Positions 8,346 to 17,540 of a DNA stretch of 58,302 nt are shown in pieces. Numbering within the stretch: position 1 is the stretch's first letter; each line of letters starts with the position of its first letter. The stretch is taken from positions 1 through 58,302 of the IMG/VR virus record IMGVR_UViG_3300024999_000119; one strand, written 5' to 3'. Both the position numbers and the translations under genes were made by a program. A model generated the notes under the pieces. It searched no databases, had not been told where the DNA came from, and was given only the letters and a program-made list of their open reading frames with translations. The stretch comes from a virus (taxonomy: Duplodnaviria > Caudoviricetes).

Positions 8346-8540
8346 ATGAAACAATTAGAAATCCAAGAAGCAATACAAGAAGCTGGGTATAATGTAGTAA
8401 CTTGTGGTGATTGTGGGTGTGTATTCTTCCATGAAATTGGTGAAAAGATATTAGTTTGTCCTCATTGTGATGAAGAACAGGAATGTTCTGATGCTCCCGA
8501 TTTATTTTACCCACAATGGAGTTCAGACATAAATAAATAG
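8346..8540 (+). CDS. Small zinc-ribbon protein
   Basis: CGDCG and CPHC. Confidence 0.7.
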   Translation: MKQLEIQEAIQEAGYNVVTCGDCGCVFFHEIGEKILVCPHCDEEQECSDAPDLFYPQWSSDINK

Positions 8541-8549
8541 AGGAATAAT

Positions 8550-8711
8550 ATGAAAATGCAAGAATGCGATAAATGTGAATTTAAGTATTATCAAGCTAAT
8601 AAATTAATTTGCAGAAAAAAATATAAACCAAGATTTTATTTACCTAAACATCCTTATGATGCTAACTTTGGATATAAATGTAAATGTGATGATTTTAAAG
8701 CGAAGGAATGA
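8550..8711 (+). CDS. Small Cys-rich protein (53 aa)
   Basis: GAGGA RBS; CDKC..C..CKC; ATGA overlap with primase gene. Confidence 0.6.
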   Translation: MKMQECDKCEFKYYQANKLICRKKYKPRFYLPKHPYDANFGYKCKCDDFKAKE

Positions 8712-10519
8712 TGATGGAACAATATATAGAAATTACAAACTTTTTAGATGTTAGAGGAAAGTTTTATCCTACAACTGCATTAAAGAAGTTCATAAAACCT
8801 AATATGGAGACTTATAGAAGTTATTTTATATATGATGAAGTTATAGTACAAAAGATAAAAGAAGGAAAAGAAATAGGTGGAAAAGGTACTACTGGAAAGT
8901 TTTATCTTAATCAAATAGTATTTGATATAGATAGAGGAGATAAAGATTTTATTACTTTATTAAATCAAGTTAAAGATGTTGTTAATATATTGATTAAAGA
9001 ATATGATTTAGAGTCTCAATTTCAGATATGGTTTAGTGGAAGAGGATTTCATATTCATTTGCCTAATATATTTGATTTTCAACCTTCTAATAACCTTCCA
9101 GACATCGTTAGAGCTACTATAGGAGAGATATTTCCTATGGTTGATACTAAACCTATACATAAGAGAGGTCTTATTCGTGTAGGTGGTTCTATGAACGTTA
9201 AATCGAGTCTTTATAAAGTAGCAATAACAGAAGATGAGTTATGGGACTTAACAGAAGAGCAAGTTATAGATTGGAGTAGCAAAAATAGACAAATAGAACT
9301 AATCAAACCAAAAGATTATCCTATATATCCAGATTTAATAATCTATCCTAAAGAGAAAGAAACTATTGGAGTAGAACCATTAGCTTTGACTATGAAGATC
9401 AAACCTAACGATGATGTAACATGTATGCAACGAATATTAGAAAGAGGAGCAGTTGAAGGACATAGACATGATGATGTGCTGTTATTAACATCTTGGATTA
9501 GAAGAAAGAATCTTCCTATCCAAATAGCAATGAGTACAGTAGAATCTTTCGTGAAGGAAAAATCTTCTGAATGGACTAGATTAGTTTATGGTGGATATAA
9601 AAATGAATATTCTTATGGATGTGATAATCCTACATTAAAGAAATATTGTTCACCAAGTTGCATTCATTATCAGCATAAAAACTATTTACCTAAGATATTT
9701 GGGATGCAAAAGATGCAAGAATTGTATTCTGAATCATTAAGAAGTGGATGGAAAGAAAATGCTATAAATATGGCTAATTTCTTTGGTATAACAGATGAAA
9801 AAGGTATGTGGTTAAGACCTGGTCATGTTATTGGTATAGTTGCCGACACAGGAAATTCAAAAAGCGCTCTGATGCAAAACCTTTGTTTAGCTTATAGAGA
9901 TTTTGGAAAGATATTCTATATAAATACAGAAATGCCAGATGATGAATTATGGGAAAGATTCTTGACTATTGATTTAATGATAAATAATGAAGAAGTTAGA
10001 GAAAGAACAATGAATGGAGAAGTATTAGGAGAAGGAATGAACCATATTCAATACTTAGCTATAATACCAAAATATGAAGATTTAAGAAAGAGTATAAGAA
10101 CAATAGCACCAAAGATATTGATAATTGATGTTATTGATGATATTAATTTAAAAGGTGGGAGAGATATTCATAATCAAGAAGATATGTTTGCTGATATTAA
10201 ACAATTATCAAAAGAGTTAAAGATGATTACATTTATGGTACATCACGTGACTAAATCGTCTGTAATGAATGATAATGGTTCTTCTAAGAATGTAACAAAA
10301 CATAGTGGGAAAGGCAGTTCAGCTTTTGAACAGAAATGTGATTTAATGCTTGGTATAAATGGGGATCCAAAAACACCATTTAGAAAAGTAGAGCATTTAA
10401 AAGGAAGAAGTACAAAACCATTTGTTACAAATTATTATGTTGATCCAGATACATTCAAATATGTTATAATTAAAGATAGTCCACCATCAACAAACAATAA
10501 AGCTAAATTAGCTAGATAA
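8708..10519 (+). CDS. AEP primase(-polymerase) fused to SF4 (DnaB-like) helicase
   Basis: VFDID, FSGRGFHIH, LIR; GHRHD PriCT-like; YGC..C..C..C cluster; ADTGNSKS, NTEM, LIIDVID, GKGSSAFEQKCD, KGR. Confidence 0.85.
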   Translation: MMMEQYIEITNFLDVRGKFYPTTALKKFIKPNMETYRSYFIYDEVIVQKIKEGKEIGGKGTTGKFYLNQIVFDIDRGDKDFITLLNQVKDVVNILIKEYDLESQFQIWFSGRGFHIHLPNIFDFQPSNNLPDIVRATIGEIFPMVDTKPIHKRGLIRVGGSMNVKSSLYKVAITEDELWDLTEEQVIDWSSKNRQIELIKPKDYPIYPDLIIYPKEKETIGVEPLALTMKIKPNDDVTCMQRILERGAVEGHRHDDVLLLTSWIRRKNLPIQIAMSTVESFVKEKSSEWTRLVYGGYKNEYSYGCDNPTLKKYCSPSCIHYQHKNYLPKIFGMQKMQELYSESLRSGWKENAINMANFFGITDEKGMWLRPGHVIGIVADTGNSKSALMQNLCLAYRDFGKIFYINTEMPDDELWERFLTIDLMINNEEVRERTMNGEVLGEGMNHIQYLAIIPKYEDLRKSIRTIAPKILIIDVIDDINLKGGRDIHNQEDMFADIKQLSKELKMITFMVHHVTKSSVMNDNGSSKNVTKHSGKGSSAFEQKCDLMLGINGDPKTPFRKVEHLKGRSTKPFVTNYYVDPDTFKYVIIKDSPPSTNNKAKLAR

Positions 10520-10529
10520 AAGGAGAAAA

Positions 10530-10748
10530 ATGAAAAATAAAACATTAACTGTAACAGAAAGAATAGGGAACAAAGAATTAAAGTTTGTTATTATGATAAA
10601 TCCTTCAGATGATTTTCCTTGTGAAGTTTATGAAGCAGAAGCAATAGGTGATAAATTCAGTTTTAACTTTATTGAAGGCTTTTCTCATTTAACAGATGCA
10701 TTCTCTTTTGCTGGTAAAATGAAAATGGATAATAAAAAGAATGGATAA
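10530..10748 (+). CDS. Hypothetical protein
   Basis: AGGAG RBS. Confidence 0.65.
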   Translation: MKNKTLTVTERIGNKELKFVIMINPSDDFPCEVYEAEAIGDKFSFNFIEGFSHLTDAFSFAGKMKMDNKKNG

Positions 10749-11193
10749 TATTGTTGCTGGTATTGATATAGGATTACATGGTAGTTGCTGTATATATCTT
10801 AATGGTAAATATTATGCTTATAAACCTATGGAGTATGTGCAGTTATTTAAACGTTTTGATGGAATACCAATTTCAGTATATATAGAACAAATACATGCAT
10901 TTCCTGGAATGGCTAGTAAAACATTATGGTCAATGGCAGAAGAGTATGGGAGAGTTCTAGGTATAATGGAAACATTAGATATTCCTATTACTTTTGTAAC
11001 TGCACAGAAATGGCAAAGGGATTTAGATTTGCCAAAAAAACAAGATTATACACAGAGAAAAGAAAATCTATTCTTAAAAGCAAAAGAACTATTTCCAAAT
11101 GAACCAGTATTCAAATATAATGCAGATTCTTATCTTATTTGTAGATATGGAATAAAGGATATGGACAATGAAGCTGAAAAGACAAGAAGTTGA
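10741..11193 (+). CDS. RuvC-like Holliday junction resolvase
   Basis: AGIDIG, YIEQ, VTAQKWQ, ADS. Confidence 0.8.
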   Translation: MDNIVAGIDIGLHGSCCIYLNGKYYAYKPMEYVQLFKRFDGIPISVYIEQIHAFPGMASKTLWSMAEEYGRVLGIMETLDIPITFVTAQKWQRDLDLPKKQDYTQRKENLFLKAKELFPNEPVFKYNADSYLICRYGIKDMDNEAEKTRS

Positions 11194-11323
11194 ATATCTT
11201 CAAAGATTAGTTATGAAAGAAATTAATAGTGATAAAATTAAGAGAGGTGATAATGCTTCTCTTAATTATGCTATTGGATTAATAATATTAAATAAGTTGA
11301 AAGGAGAGAATAATGGAAAATAA
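11168..11323 (+). CDS. Small hypothetical protein (51 aa)
   Basis: Fills the gap and overlaps both neighbours. Confidence 0.5.
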   Translation: MKLKRQEVEYLQRLVMKEINSDKIKRGDNASLNYAIGLIILNKLKGENNGK

Positions 11324-11579
11324 AATTGGAAAATTATTAGATTGGATCAAAGAAGAAAAGAAAGATATTATTTCTTGTATTATTGAAAGAGCAATTATGT
11401 ACAATAAAGATGCTTGTGGTCGTGATGCTTGGTTATTTGATAGTTCAATATTAGATGATAATTTTATAGATTGGGGAGAAGAAGATTTAGAGAATCACAA
11501 TTGGGATTTAAGTAGATTAAAAACATTAGAAGAAATACAAATAAAATTATTAAGAACAATATTATTGGAGGATATGTGA
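11313..11579 (+). CDS. Hypothetical protein
   Basis: AGGAG RBS. Confidence 0.65.
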   Translation: MENKIGKLLDWIKEEKKDIISCIIERAIMYNKDACGRDAWLFDSSILDDNFIDWGEEDLENHNWDLSRLKTLEEIQIKLLRTILLEDM

Positions 11580-12130
11580 ACCTATTAAGAAATCAAAGCA
11601 AGAAAGATAGAATATTATCTTTGATAGAATACAATTATGGTGAAATAAGTGAAAATGAAGAAAAACAAATATTAGATTTAGATTCTTTGATTAAAGAAGA
11701 TGTTCAAACTTATGGTTTAATGATAGTTGAAAAAGATTTTGAATCAAGAATGGATAATCTTAAACAGATTAAAAAAGAAATAGATAATCAAATAAAGTAT
11801 TTGGAATCTGAAAAGAATAAGATTAAATATACATTAGCTAAATATTTAGAAGAGTTTGGTTCACAAGAAGTAGAAACTGCAAGTGGTACTAAATTATTAA
11901 AAGTAGGTTATACAGAAAGAAGAAGTATTAATATTGATTTAGTAGAACCTAAGTATGGAAAGTATATCGTTGAATTAGATGCTAGTATATTTAATGAAAT
12001 AATTGATATTCTAAATTCTATGACAACAGATTATGATTTTGAAAGAAAAGTATTGTTAGCTGATTTGCCAGATGATCATAAAGCTATTAGCAAAGAGATG
12101 AATCCACAAATCAAATTAGTTAAAAAATAA
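11576..12130 (+). CDS. Gp157/Gam-like coiled-coil protein
   Basis: Long helical N-half (KKEIDNQIKYLESEKNKIK) then beta-rich tail; replication context. Confidence 0.45.
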   Translation: MNLLRNQSKKDRILSLIEYNYGEISENEEKQILDLDSLIKEDVQTYGLMIVEKDFESRMDNLKQIKKEIDNQIKYLESEKNKIKYTLAKYLEEFGSQEVETASGTKLLKVGYTERRSINIDLVEPKYGKYIVELDASIFNEIIDILNSMTTDYDFERKVLLADLPDDHKAISKEMNPQIKLVKK

Positions 12131-12140
12131 GGAGTGAGAT

Positions 12141-12350
12141 ATGGTAATTGAATTGCCAGTAGTCTATGATGAAGTTGAAGAAAATACAAAAACATTATTT
12201 AGAATACCAGATAATAATTTAGTTAGGATTAATGAAAATGATGAATATCCACAAAAGACTAATTTGTTTATAGGTACAGAAGAGTTTATGTATTTAATAG
12301 ACTTACCTTATGAATTAGTTAGAGAGTTGATAATACAAAGTGACAAATAA
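12141..12350 (+). CDS. Hypothetical protein
   Basis: AGGAG RBS. Confidence 0.65.
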   Translation: MVIELPVVYDEVEENTKTLFRIPDNNLVRINENDEYPQKTNLFIGTEEFMYLIDLPYELVRELIIQSDK

Positions 12351-12447
12351 GCTCTATAAAGCTCTACAATCAATTATAATGTTAAACCTATCTAAATGTA
12401 TATGTAATAGATATTATTTGATTGTAGAGCTTGTTAGACAGCTTAAA
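12351..12447. repeat. Dispersed phased inverted-repeat element, copy A
   Basis: 15-bp perfect IR aagctctacaatcaa (12359-12373) / ttgattgtagagctt (12418-12432). Confidence 0.75.
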
Positions 12448-12458
12448 TAGGAGGATAT

Positions 12459-12782
12459 ATGAAAGATAAAAGAATAAAAAGTTTTATTGGATATTTAATG
12501 GCTATTACCGGATTAGTAATAGCAATATTAACAAATTACACTCAAAGATTTAATAATCCAGATTTATCAGAAACAAGAATATTTTTAGAGAATTTCTTTT
12601 CTTATACTATTGGTATAGTGATGTTCATTGTAGGTATGTGGCTTACAAGAGATGAGAAAACAGACAAGAACAAAACACAATGTAAACATTTGCATACTGT
12701 AGAAATTAGAAGAAGTTATGAGGATAGATATATTAAATTAGTATGCCTGGATTGTGATAAAATAATTTATAAAGATATTTAG
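12459..12782 (+). CDS. Two-TM membrane protein with C-terminal Zn motif
   Basis: Two hydrophobic segments; CKH..CLDC. Confidence 0.65.
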   Translation: MKDKRIKSFIGYLMAITGLVIAILTNYTQRFNNPDLSETRIFLENFFSYTIGIVMFIVGMWLTRDEKTDKNKTQCKHLHTVEIRRSYEDRYIKLVCLDCDKIIYKDI

Positions 12783-12791
12783 GAGTAATCA

Positions 12792-13061
12792 ATGGCACTA
12801 AAAATAACAATAAATGTATTTGATGAAACAGTAAACAATTACACTAATGTTCCTATGGGAGCATATAGTGAAGAAACAAGAAAAGCTAATGTAAGAGCAA
12901 ATAACAAAAGAAAAGAAGAAAATGAAGCTAAAAGATTTCACTATCCAACAGATGGTGATTTCTTTATTCCAAATAAATCATCTTCATATAGAAATGGTGC
13001 ATTTTGGATGACACAAGATTTGAAACCTAATGGAATTTATCCATTAAATAATGAGATGTAA
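12792..13061 (+). CDS. Hypothetical protein
   Basis: AGGAG RBS. Confidence 0.6.
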   Translation: MALKITINVFDETVNNYTNVPMGAYSEETRKANVRANNKRKEENEAKRFHYPTDGDFFIPNKSSSYRNGAFWMTQDLKPNGIYPLNNEM

Positions 13062-13089
13062 TATAATCATAAGAATGAAAGGAGTACAA

Positions 13090-13314
13090 ATGGATGGTAA
13101 GAAATTTGATAGTGCAAAAAGTTTTATAAATACAATGATGGATAATGAGGGTGTAATATTCTATGATAATTATGGCAGACAATGGAAATATGAAAATTAT
13201 AAATTCTATTTTAAGGACATCCCCGAATATGCTATTATGAAAGAAGGATTAGAATGTTTACACTTATTTGGGACGTATATTAACTATGAAGGAGAATTAA
13301 AATGCAAGATTTAA
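13090..13314 (+). CDS. Hypothetical protein
   Basis: AGGAG RBS before ATG 13090. Confidence 0.65.
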   Translation: MDGKKFDSAKSFINTMMDNEGVIFYDNYGRQWKYENYKFYFKDIPEYAIMKEGLECLHLFGTYINYEGELKCKI

Positions 13315-13720
13315 CTAAAATATTAAAAATAGGTGATATAGTGTTTATAGGATTTCTTCAAAAATGGGGTATAGTGGAAAGTATAAATTCAAATAGATTA
13401 GAATATCCTATAATGGTTAGAGTATCAGACTCAGAAATATATACATTTACAATAGAGGGGTATGTCCACCCAATGTCTAAAATTTGCCAACTATACCTAA
13501 AAGAACTAATTTATCCAATATTACATTTCCCAGAACCAAAACCAGAAATTGCAGTTGATACAAAAATGTTGGTTTGGGATTGGGACAAAAAAAGAAAAGA
13601 CATTTTTCACACTTTAATGGAAAGGGAAGATGTTGCTGTTTTGAAAATGGTGGTACATCATTTATCAGTGAAGGTGCTACATATCCTTGGGAATTTTATG
13701 AAATATATGAGGAAAAATAA
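13302..13720 (+). pseudogene. Phage hypothetical gene frameshifted at an A7 run (13587-13593)
   Basis: One extra A gives ...VWDWDKKKKRHFSHF..CFENGGTS..PWEFYEIYEEK ending in a TAATG overlap with the next gene. Confidence 0.65.
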
Positions 13721-13998
13721 TGACAACACAAGAAAAAGCATATAAACATTTCGGAAGAGAATACCAATTAGACAAATTAGAAGAAGAACTAACAGAACTT
13801 CTATTGGCAATAAAATATTATCGAATAAGAAAGATTAAATATAAAGAACTAATATCAGAATTTGCTGATATGTTAATAACAAAAGATTATTTATTTATGG
13901 TTTTAACTGAAGATTTAGGCTATGACTCAAAAGAAGTTGTTGAAGAAGAAATTAAATTTAAGTTAAACAGAACAGAAAAAATATTGGAAAGGAAATAA
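13720..13998 (+). CDS. MazG-like nucleotide pyrophosphohydrolase
   Basis: QLDKLEEELTEL...SEFADM. Confidence 0.7.
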   Translation: MTTQEKAYKHFGREYQLDKLEEELTELLLAIKYYRIRKIKYKELISEFADMLITKDYLFMVLTEDLGYDSKEVVEEEIKFKLNRTEKILERK

Positions 13999-13999
13999 A

Positions 14000-14224
14000 A
14001 TGGAAACTCAAGATTGCATTTATTTCATCAATGGTTATTGTGAAGATGATAATTATATTAAGAATCTTCCAAGTCATAGGACAATGGATGTTCAATGCAG
14101 TTGCAATGGAACTGACGCTTGTAGCAATTACACTACTTTTTTGGAAGAACCACCAACGGAAAAACAAATTGTTGAAGATATTTATAATTCGTTAAGAAAT
14201 TTAAGATTTAAGGAGTTGGAATGA
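14000..14224 (+). CDS. Cys-rich hypothetical protein
   Basis: ORF in operon; ATGA overlap. Confidence 0.6.
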   Translation: METQDCIYFINGYCEDDNYIKNLPSHRTMDVQCSCNGTDACSNYTTFLEEPPTEKQIVEDIYNSLRNLRFKELE

Positions 14225-14544
14225 GTATAACAGAACAAACAGAGTATGAGATTAGAATAAAGAATTTTATTGCTAAAAGTGCAATGGAAGCCTTTAGAAG
14301 CAAAACAAAATTATCTGAATTGCCATTAAGATTAGAGCAAGGTAGCAGCACACACCATCCAGATAAAAAAGGTGGAATGACTACGCATAACATTGTTTTA
14401 TGGTGCAAGTTTTTAGATAATGATTGGTTTAGACCTTTTGGGAATTTCAGCAAAACACAAATAATTGGAATGATAGAAATTTGCAGCAATGATAATCAAA
14501 TTGTTTCGTTAATGCGATTATTATCTGCTAAGGAGTTAAAATGA
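14221..14544 (+). CDS. Hypothetical protein
   Basis: RBS; ATGA overlaps. Confidence 0.65.
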   Translation: MSITEQTEYEIRIKNFIAKSAMEAFRSKTKLSELPLRLEQGSSTHHPDKKGGMTTHNIVLWCKFLDNDWFRPFGNFSKTQIIGMIEICSNDNQIVSLMRLLSAKELK

Positions 14545-14963
14545 GCATAACTGATAGAAAACAAATATCCTTTTTAAGTATGATAGCTGGATTTGCTCAA
14601 TTAAGTTATTTTGGAGCTTTATCTGACGAGATAGTTAACATTGCAAGTAAAGGAATAGATACTTACGCTGAATTAACAGTAATGAGCAAAAATGATTTCA
14701 AAAGGATTAAAAAGTTCTTCCAATATGCTGAATCCGAAATAACAAAGTTGCATTACAATACAAGTAATATTATGATGCTAAGTATTGTTTTAGCTATCTG
14801 TTCGGACTTTTTAGATGTTGTTCAAAACAAAACAAAACAAAAGGTTTGGCAAGAATTAGAAACAACTTGCAGAACAAATTTAAGCAAGAATTACAGCAAC
14901 TTTACTGATGAAATAGACAAAGCAGTTAGAGTTGTGGAATTATTAAATAATTGGAGTGAATGA
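14541..14963 (+). CDS. Hypothetical protein
   Basis: RBS; ATGA overlaps. Confidence 0.65.
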   Translation: MSITDRKQISFLSMIAGFAQLSYFGALSDEIVNIASKGIDTYAELTVMSKNDFKRIKKFFQYAESEITKLHYNTSNIMMLSIVLAICSDFLDVVQNKTKQKVWQELETTCRTNLSKNYSNFTDEIDKAVRVVELLNNWSE

Positions 14964-15280
14964 TGGAATTAGAAAAATTAGAAAAATTAGTGGCTATTAG
15001 AGATAAAGCCGAAGCAAAGAAGAATAAGATTGACAACTTATTACAAAAATATAAAAAGTTACAGCAGATAATTTTAGATATAAAGTATTTAATGGGAAAC
15101 GCTGGTGAAATGATATTTACAGGCAGAACTGGAAGGCTATCCGAACCAGAGTTTTTACTAATGGTAAGAATAAATGATGTTGGTGGGTGTGTAGCAATAC
15201 CAGAGTTAATGTTACAATTAGCAGATAAGCGATTGAAAGAACTTGAGGGTGAATTAAATGGTGAGTTACAAAGCAAATAA
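14960..15280 (+). CDS. Hypothetical coiled-coil protein
   Basis: RBS; overlap. Confidence 0.65.
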   Translation: MMELEKLEKLVAIRDKAEAKKNKIDNLLQKYKKLQQIILDIKYLMGNAGEMIFTGRTGRLSEPEFLLMVRINDVGGCVAIPELMLQLADKRLKELEGELNGELQSK

Positions 15281-15285
15281 TTGGA

Positions 15286-16098
15286 GTGAGTGAAATGGAG
15301 AGGAAAGAATTTTTTAAGGCTTTTATTCGAGTTGTAAAATCTATTGCTATTCACAGCGATTATTACGGATTTGACACAGTAGAAGTTATTAGAGAGCCGC
15401 TAATTGAAGCAAAAGATAAAAATGAGGTAAAACAGATATTATTAAAAAAATATCCTCAATTTTTCCAAAATGGGAAGGTTTATGAAAAAGAGACCAAAGA
15501 CCAAGCACAATTTTTTTATGTTGTTATTTTCCCTTTATATCAACACGAAATCGAACTTATAAAAGAAGGCGAATGGAAATGTGATTATTGCGGACATGTC
15601 CACGAAAACAAATATTTATCAAGACCGTTAGCAAGTAGAAAGTTTGTTGGTAAAATATTTTGTGGTAGTGATTACAAAACTGGAAATAATATTGTTTCCG
15701 CACCTGACTGTTATGAACGATGGAAAAAAGAAGTTGCTTTTAAAGATGTTGATTTGCCTGATGATTTGAATTACATAAATGTTGATAGTTTAAATTATAT
15801 ATACAAAATAACTGAAAAATCTACAGATAAAAGCTATATTGGTAAAACGAGAAATGCACCATTTTTTAGGTGGTGGAATCATCTAACTCATTCCAGTAGT
15901 CCTTTTGGAATATATTTAAGACAAACAAAATTAAGTGATTGGACTTTTGAAGTATTAAAAGAGCTTCCAGCAGATATTGCAAATAGCGAAGTATTTAAAA
16001 TTGAATCAGAATACATACAAAAGTTTGATAGTATTAATAATGGCTTTAATTCTTTGATCAGCTATAAAGCTGTTTATGAAATTGTAACTATTGATTAA
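15286..16098 (+). CDS. Zn-finger plus C-terminal GIY-YIG nuclease
   Basis: CDYC..FC..C; YIYKITEKSTDKSYIGKT, RWWNH, IESEYI, GFN. Confidence 0.75.
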   Translation: MSEMERKEFFKAFIRVVKSIAIHSDYYGFDTVEVIREPLIEAKDKNEVKQILLKKYPQFFQNGKVYEKETKDQAQFFYVVIFPLYQHEIELIKEGEWKCDYCGHVHENKYLSRPLASRKFVGKIFCGSDYKTGNNIVSAPDCYERWKKEVAFKDVDLPDDLNYINVDSLNYIYKITEKSTDKSYIGKTRNAPFFRWWNHLTHSSSPFGIYLRQTKLSDWTFEVLKELPADIANSEVFKIESEYIQKFDSINNGFNSLISYKAVYEIVTID

Positions 16099-16124
16099 CC
16101 GATTAAATTTGAAGTGAATAAAAA

Positions 16125-16496
16125 ATGGAAGAAATTAGAATAAAAATACCAATTGGTTTGACAGAAACCCAAGAATTTATAATGATAGCAAACCAATTGG
16201 GGAAACGTCTTTTGCCAGCAAATAATCAAAAACTATTAAATGGTTATGAGATAAAAGAGGCAGAGACAAAAATCACAATTATAAGAGAACACATTGAAAA
16301 GCCAATTGTATTATATGAATGTTTTTGTGGAATTCAATTTGGGAAAAGGGTTGGGAAAATATTATATGTTAATTATGGTGGGGTTAAGAAACAAAAAAGA
16401 TATTGTTCCGAGAAATGTAGGCAAGATGTTATAGATATAGCTGGTAAAAGATGTTCTATTAAACCAAATAAATTGAAACCAGCAATATGTTATTAA
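16125..16496 (+). CDS. Zn-finger hypothetical protein
   Basis: CFCG...YCSEKC. Confidence 0.65.
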   Translation: MEEIRIKIPIGLTETQEFIMIANQLGKRLLPANNQKLLNGYEIKEAETKITIIREHIEKPIVLYECFCGIQFGKRVGKILYVNYGGVKKQKRYCSEKCRQDVIDIAGKRCSIKPNKLKPAICY

Positions 16497-16499
16497 AAA

Positions 16500-16830
16500 T
16501 GTATAAAGTGTGGTTTTTAACCCGCAAGCGGTAATTGGATTATAAACTTAAATGAAAGGTAAAGCTATGAAAAAAGAAAAAACTCCCAAGCCGACAAGCG
16601 ACAGCGAAGTCGGTGTTGAAAAACTTGTTAGGTTGCGCTGCGAAAATTGTGGGAAAGATTATGAGATACCAGCAATACCGCAAGAGTGGAGAGATAAAAT
16701 CAGCCATTACAGAAATAAGTATAAATATTGCCCAGAGTGCTTACACAAGAAAATAGAAGAATCATTAAACCATTTACCAGAAATTATAAAAACATTAGCA
16801 GCGTCAACCTAACTACCCACTAAGCTGAAT
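16500..16830 (+). mobile_element. Integron-cassette-like unit with attC-like remnants
   Basis: GTTAGGTTGCGCTGC (16627-16641) complementary to GCAGCGTCAACCTAAC (16798-16813), matching GTTRRRY/RYYYAAC cores. Confidence 0.55.
16552..16812 (+). CDS. Zinc-ribbon protein carried in the cassette-like unit
   Basis: CENCG...YCPEC; stop lies inside ACCTAAC. Confidence 0.7.
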   Translation: MKGKAMKKEKTPKPTSDSEVGVEKLVRLRCENCGKDYEIPAIPQEWRDKISHYRNKYKYCPECLHKKIEESLNHLPEIIKTLAAST

Positions 16831-16846
16831 TAAAAGGAGAAATAAA

Positions 16847-17044
16847 ATGAAAGACAATAAATTAAGAGAATTACTTAATGAGATTGGTATAATTAAAATA
16901 GATTGGTCTGCATTTAGTACACCAATTCAAAAAGGTAATTATTATGAATTAAAGGTTTTAGAAAGAAAAATAGACTTGATTTTAGAACACTTGAACTTAG
17001 ATGTTCAGACTGGTATGACATTAAAAAAGAAAAGGAGTAAATAA
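16847..17044 (+). CDS. Hypothetical protein
   Basis: AGGAG RBS. Confidence 0.65.
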   Translation: MKDNKLRELLNEIGIIKIDWSAFSTPIQKGNYYELKVLERKIDLILEHLNLDVQTGMTLKKKRSK

Positions 17045-17305
17045 ATGAGTATCAAAAAACCAATAATAGTTAAAGTAGATTGGATAGATTCTGCCACCAA
17101 CAATAGTTGGTTAAGCCGACAAGCAATAGATAATTTATTAGAGGATGGTTTAGCTGAATGCCAAACAGTTGGGTTTTTAGTTCATAAAACTAAAAAAATG
17201 GTTAGCATTGCACTTAGTAGAGCAACATCCGATAAATTTGTTCCTTATGCAGATGTTATGTCAATACCAAGAGTATCAATAACAAAAATAAAAGTGTTAA
17301 AATGA
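17045..17305 (+). CDS. Conserved phage hypothetical protein
   Basis: VDWIDS..W..CQTVGFL..IP pattern common in phages. Confidence 0.7.
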   Translation: MSIKKPIIVKVDWIDSATNNSWLSRQAIDNLLEDGLAECQTVGFLVHKTKKMVSIALSRATSDKFVPYADVMSIPRVSITKIKVLK

Positions 17306-17538
17306 AACAAAGGAAAAGTGGATTAGCCTACAAAAAGCATATAGATATTGAACTAATAATAACTGATGCTCAAACAATGAAAATTAAAGATGTTGCTATT
17401 AAGCATAATTGTTCTATTCAGCATGTTTATTGGGTATTAAGAAAAGCTAATATTGATTTAAGAAAGCAGAATGTTGATGTTAAACATTTAGCACCAACAG
17501 AAGAAGAAATTGAAAGATTTTTAGCAGAAAGGAGATAA
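17302..17538 (+). CDS. HTH DNA-binding protein
   Basis: KIKDVAIKHNCSIQHVYWVLRK. Confidence 0.6.
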   Translation: MKQRKSGLAYKKHIDIELIITDAQTMKIKDVAIKHNCSIQHVYWVLRKANIDLRKQNVDVKHLAPTEEEIERFLAERR

Positions 17539-17540
17539 GT

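Noticed and set aside
12359-12432. Reading the 15-bp inverted repeat as an intrinsic terminator
   Set aside because: 44-nt spacer, no U tract, and related copies with non-complementary mixed arms
15286-15345. Possible second attC-like junction (ttcgagttgtaaaatc) at the GIY-YIG gene start
   Set aside because: No complementary RYYYAAC partner found at the gene end
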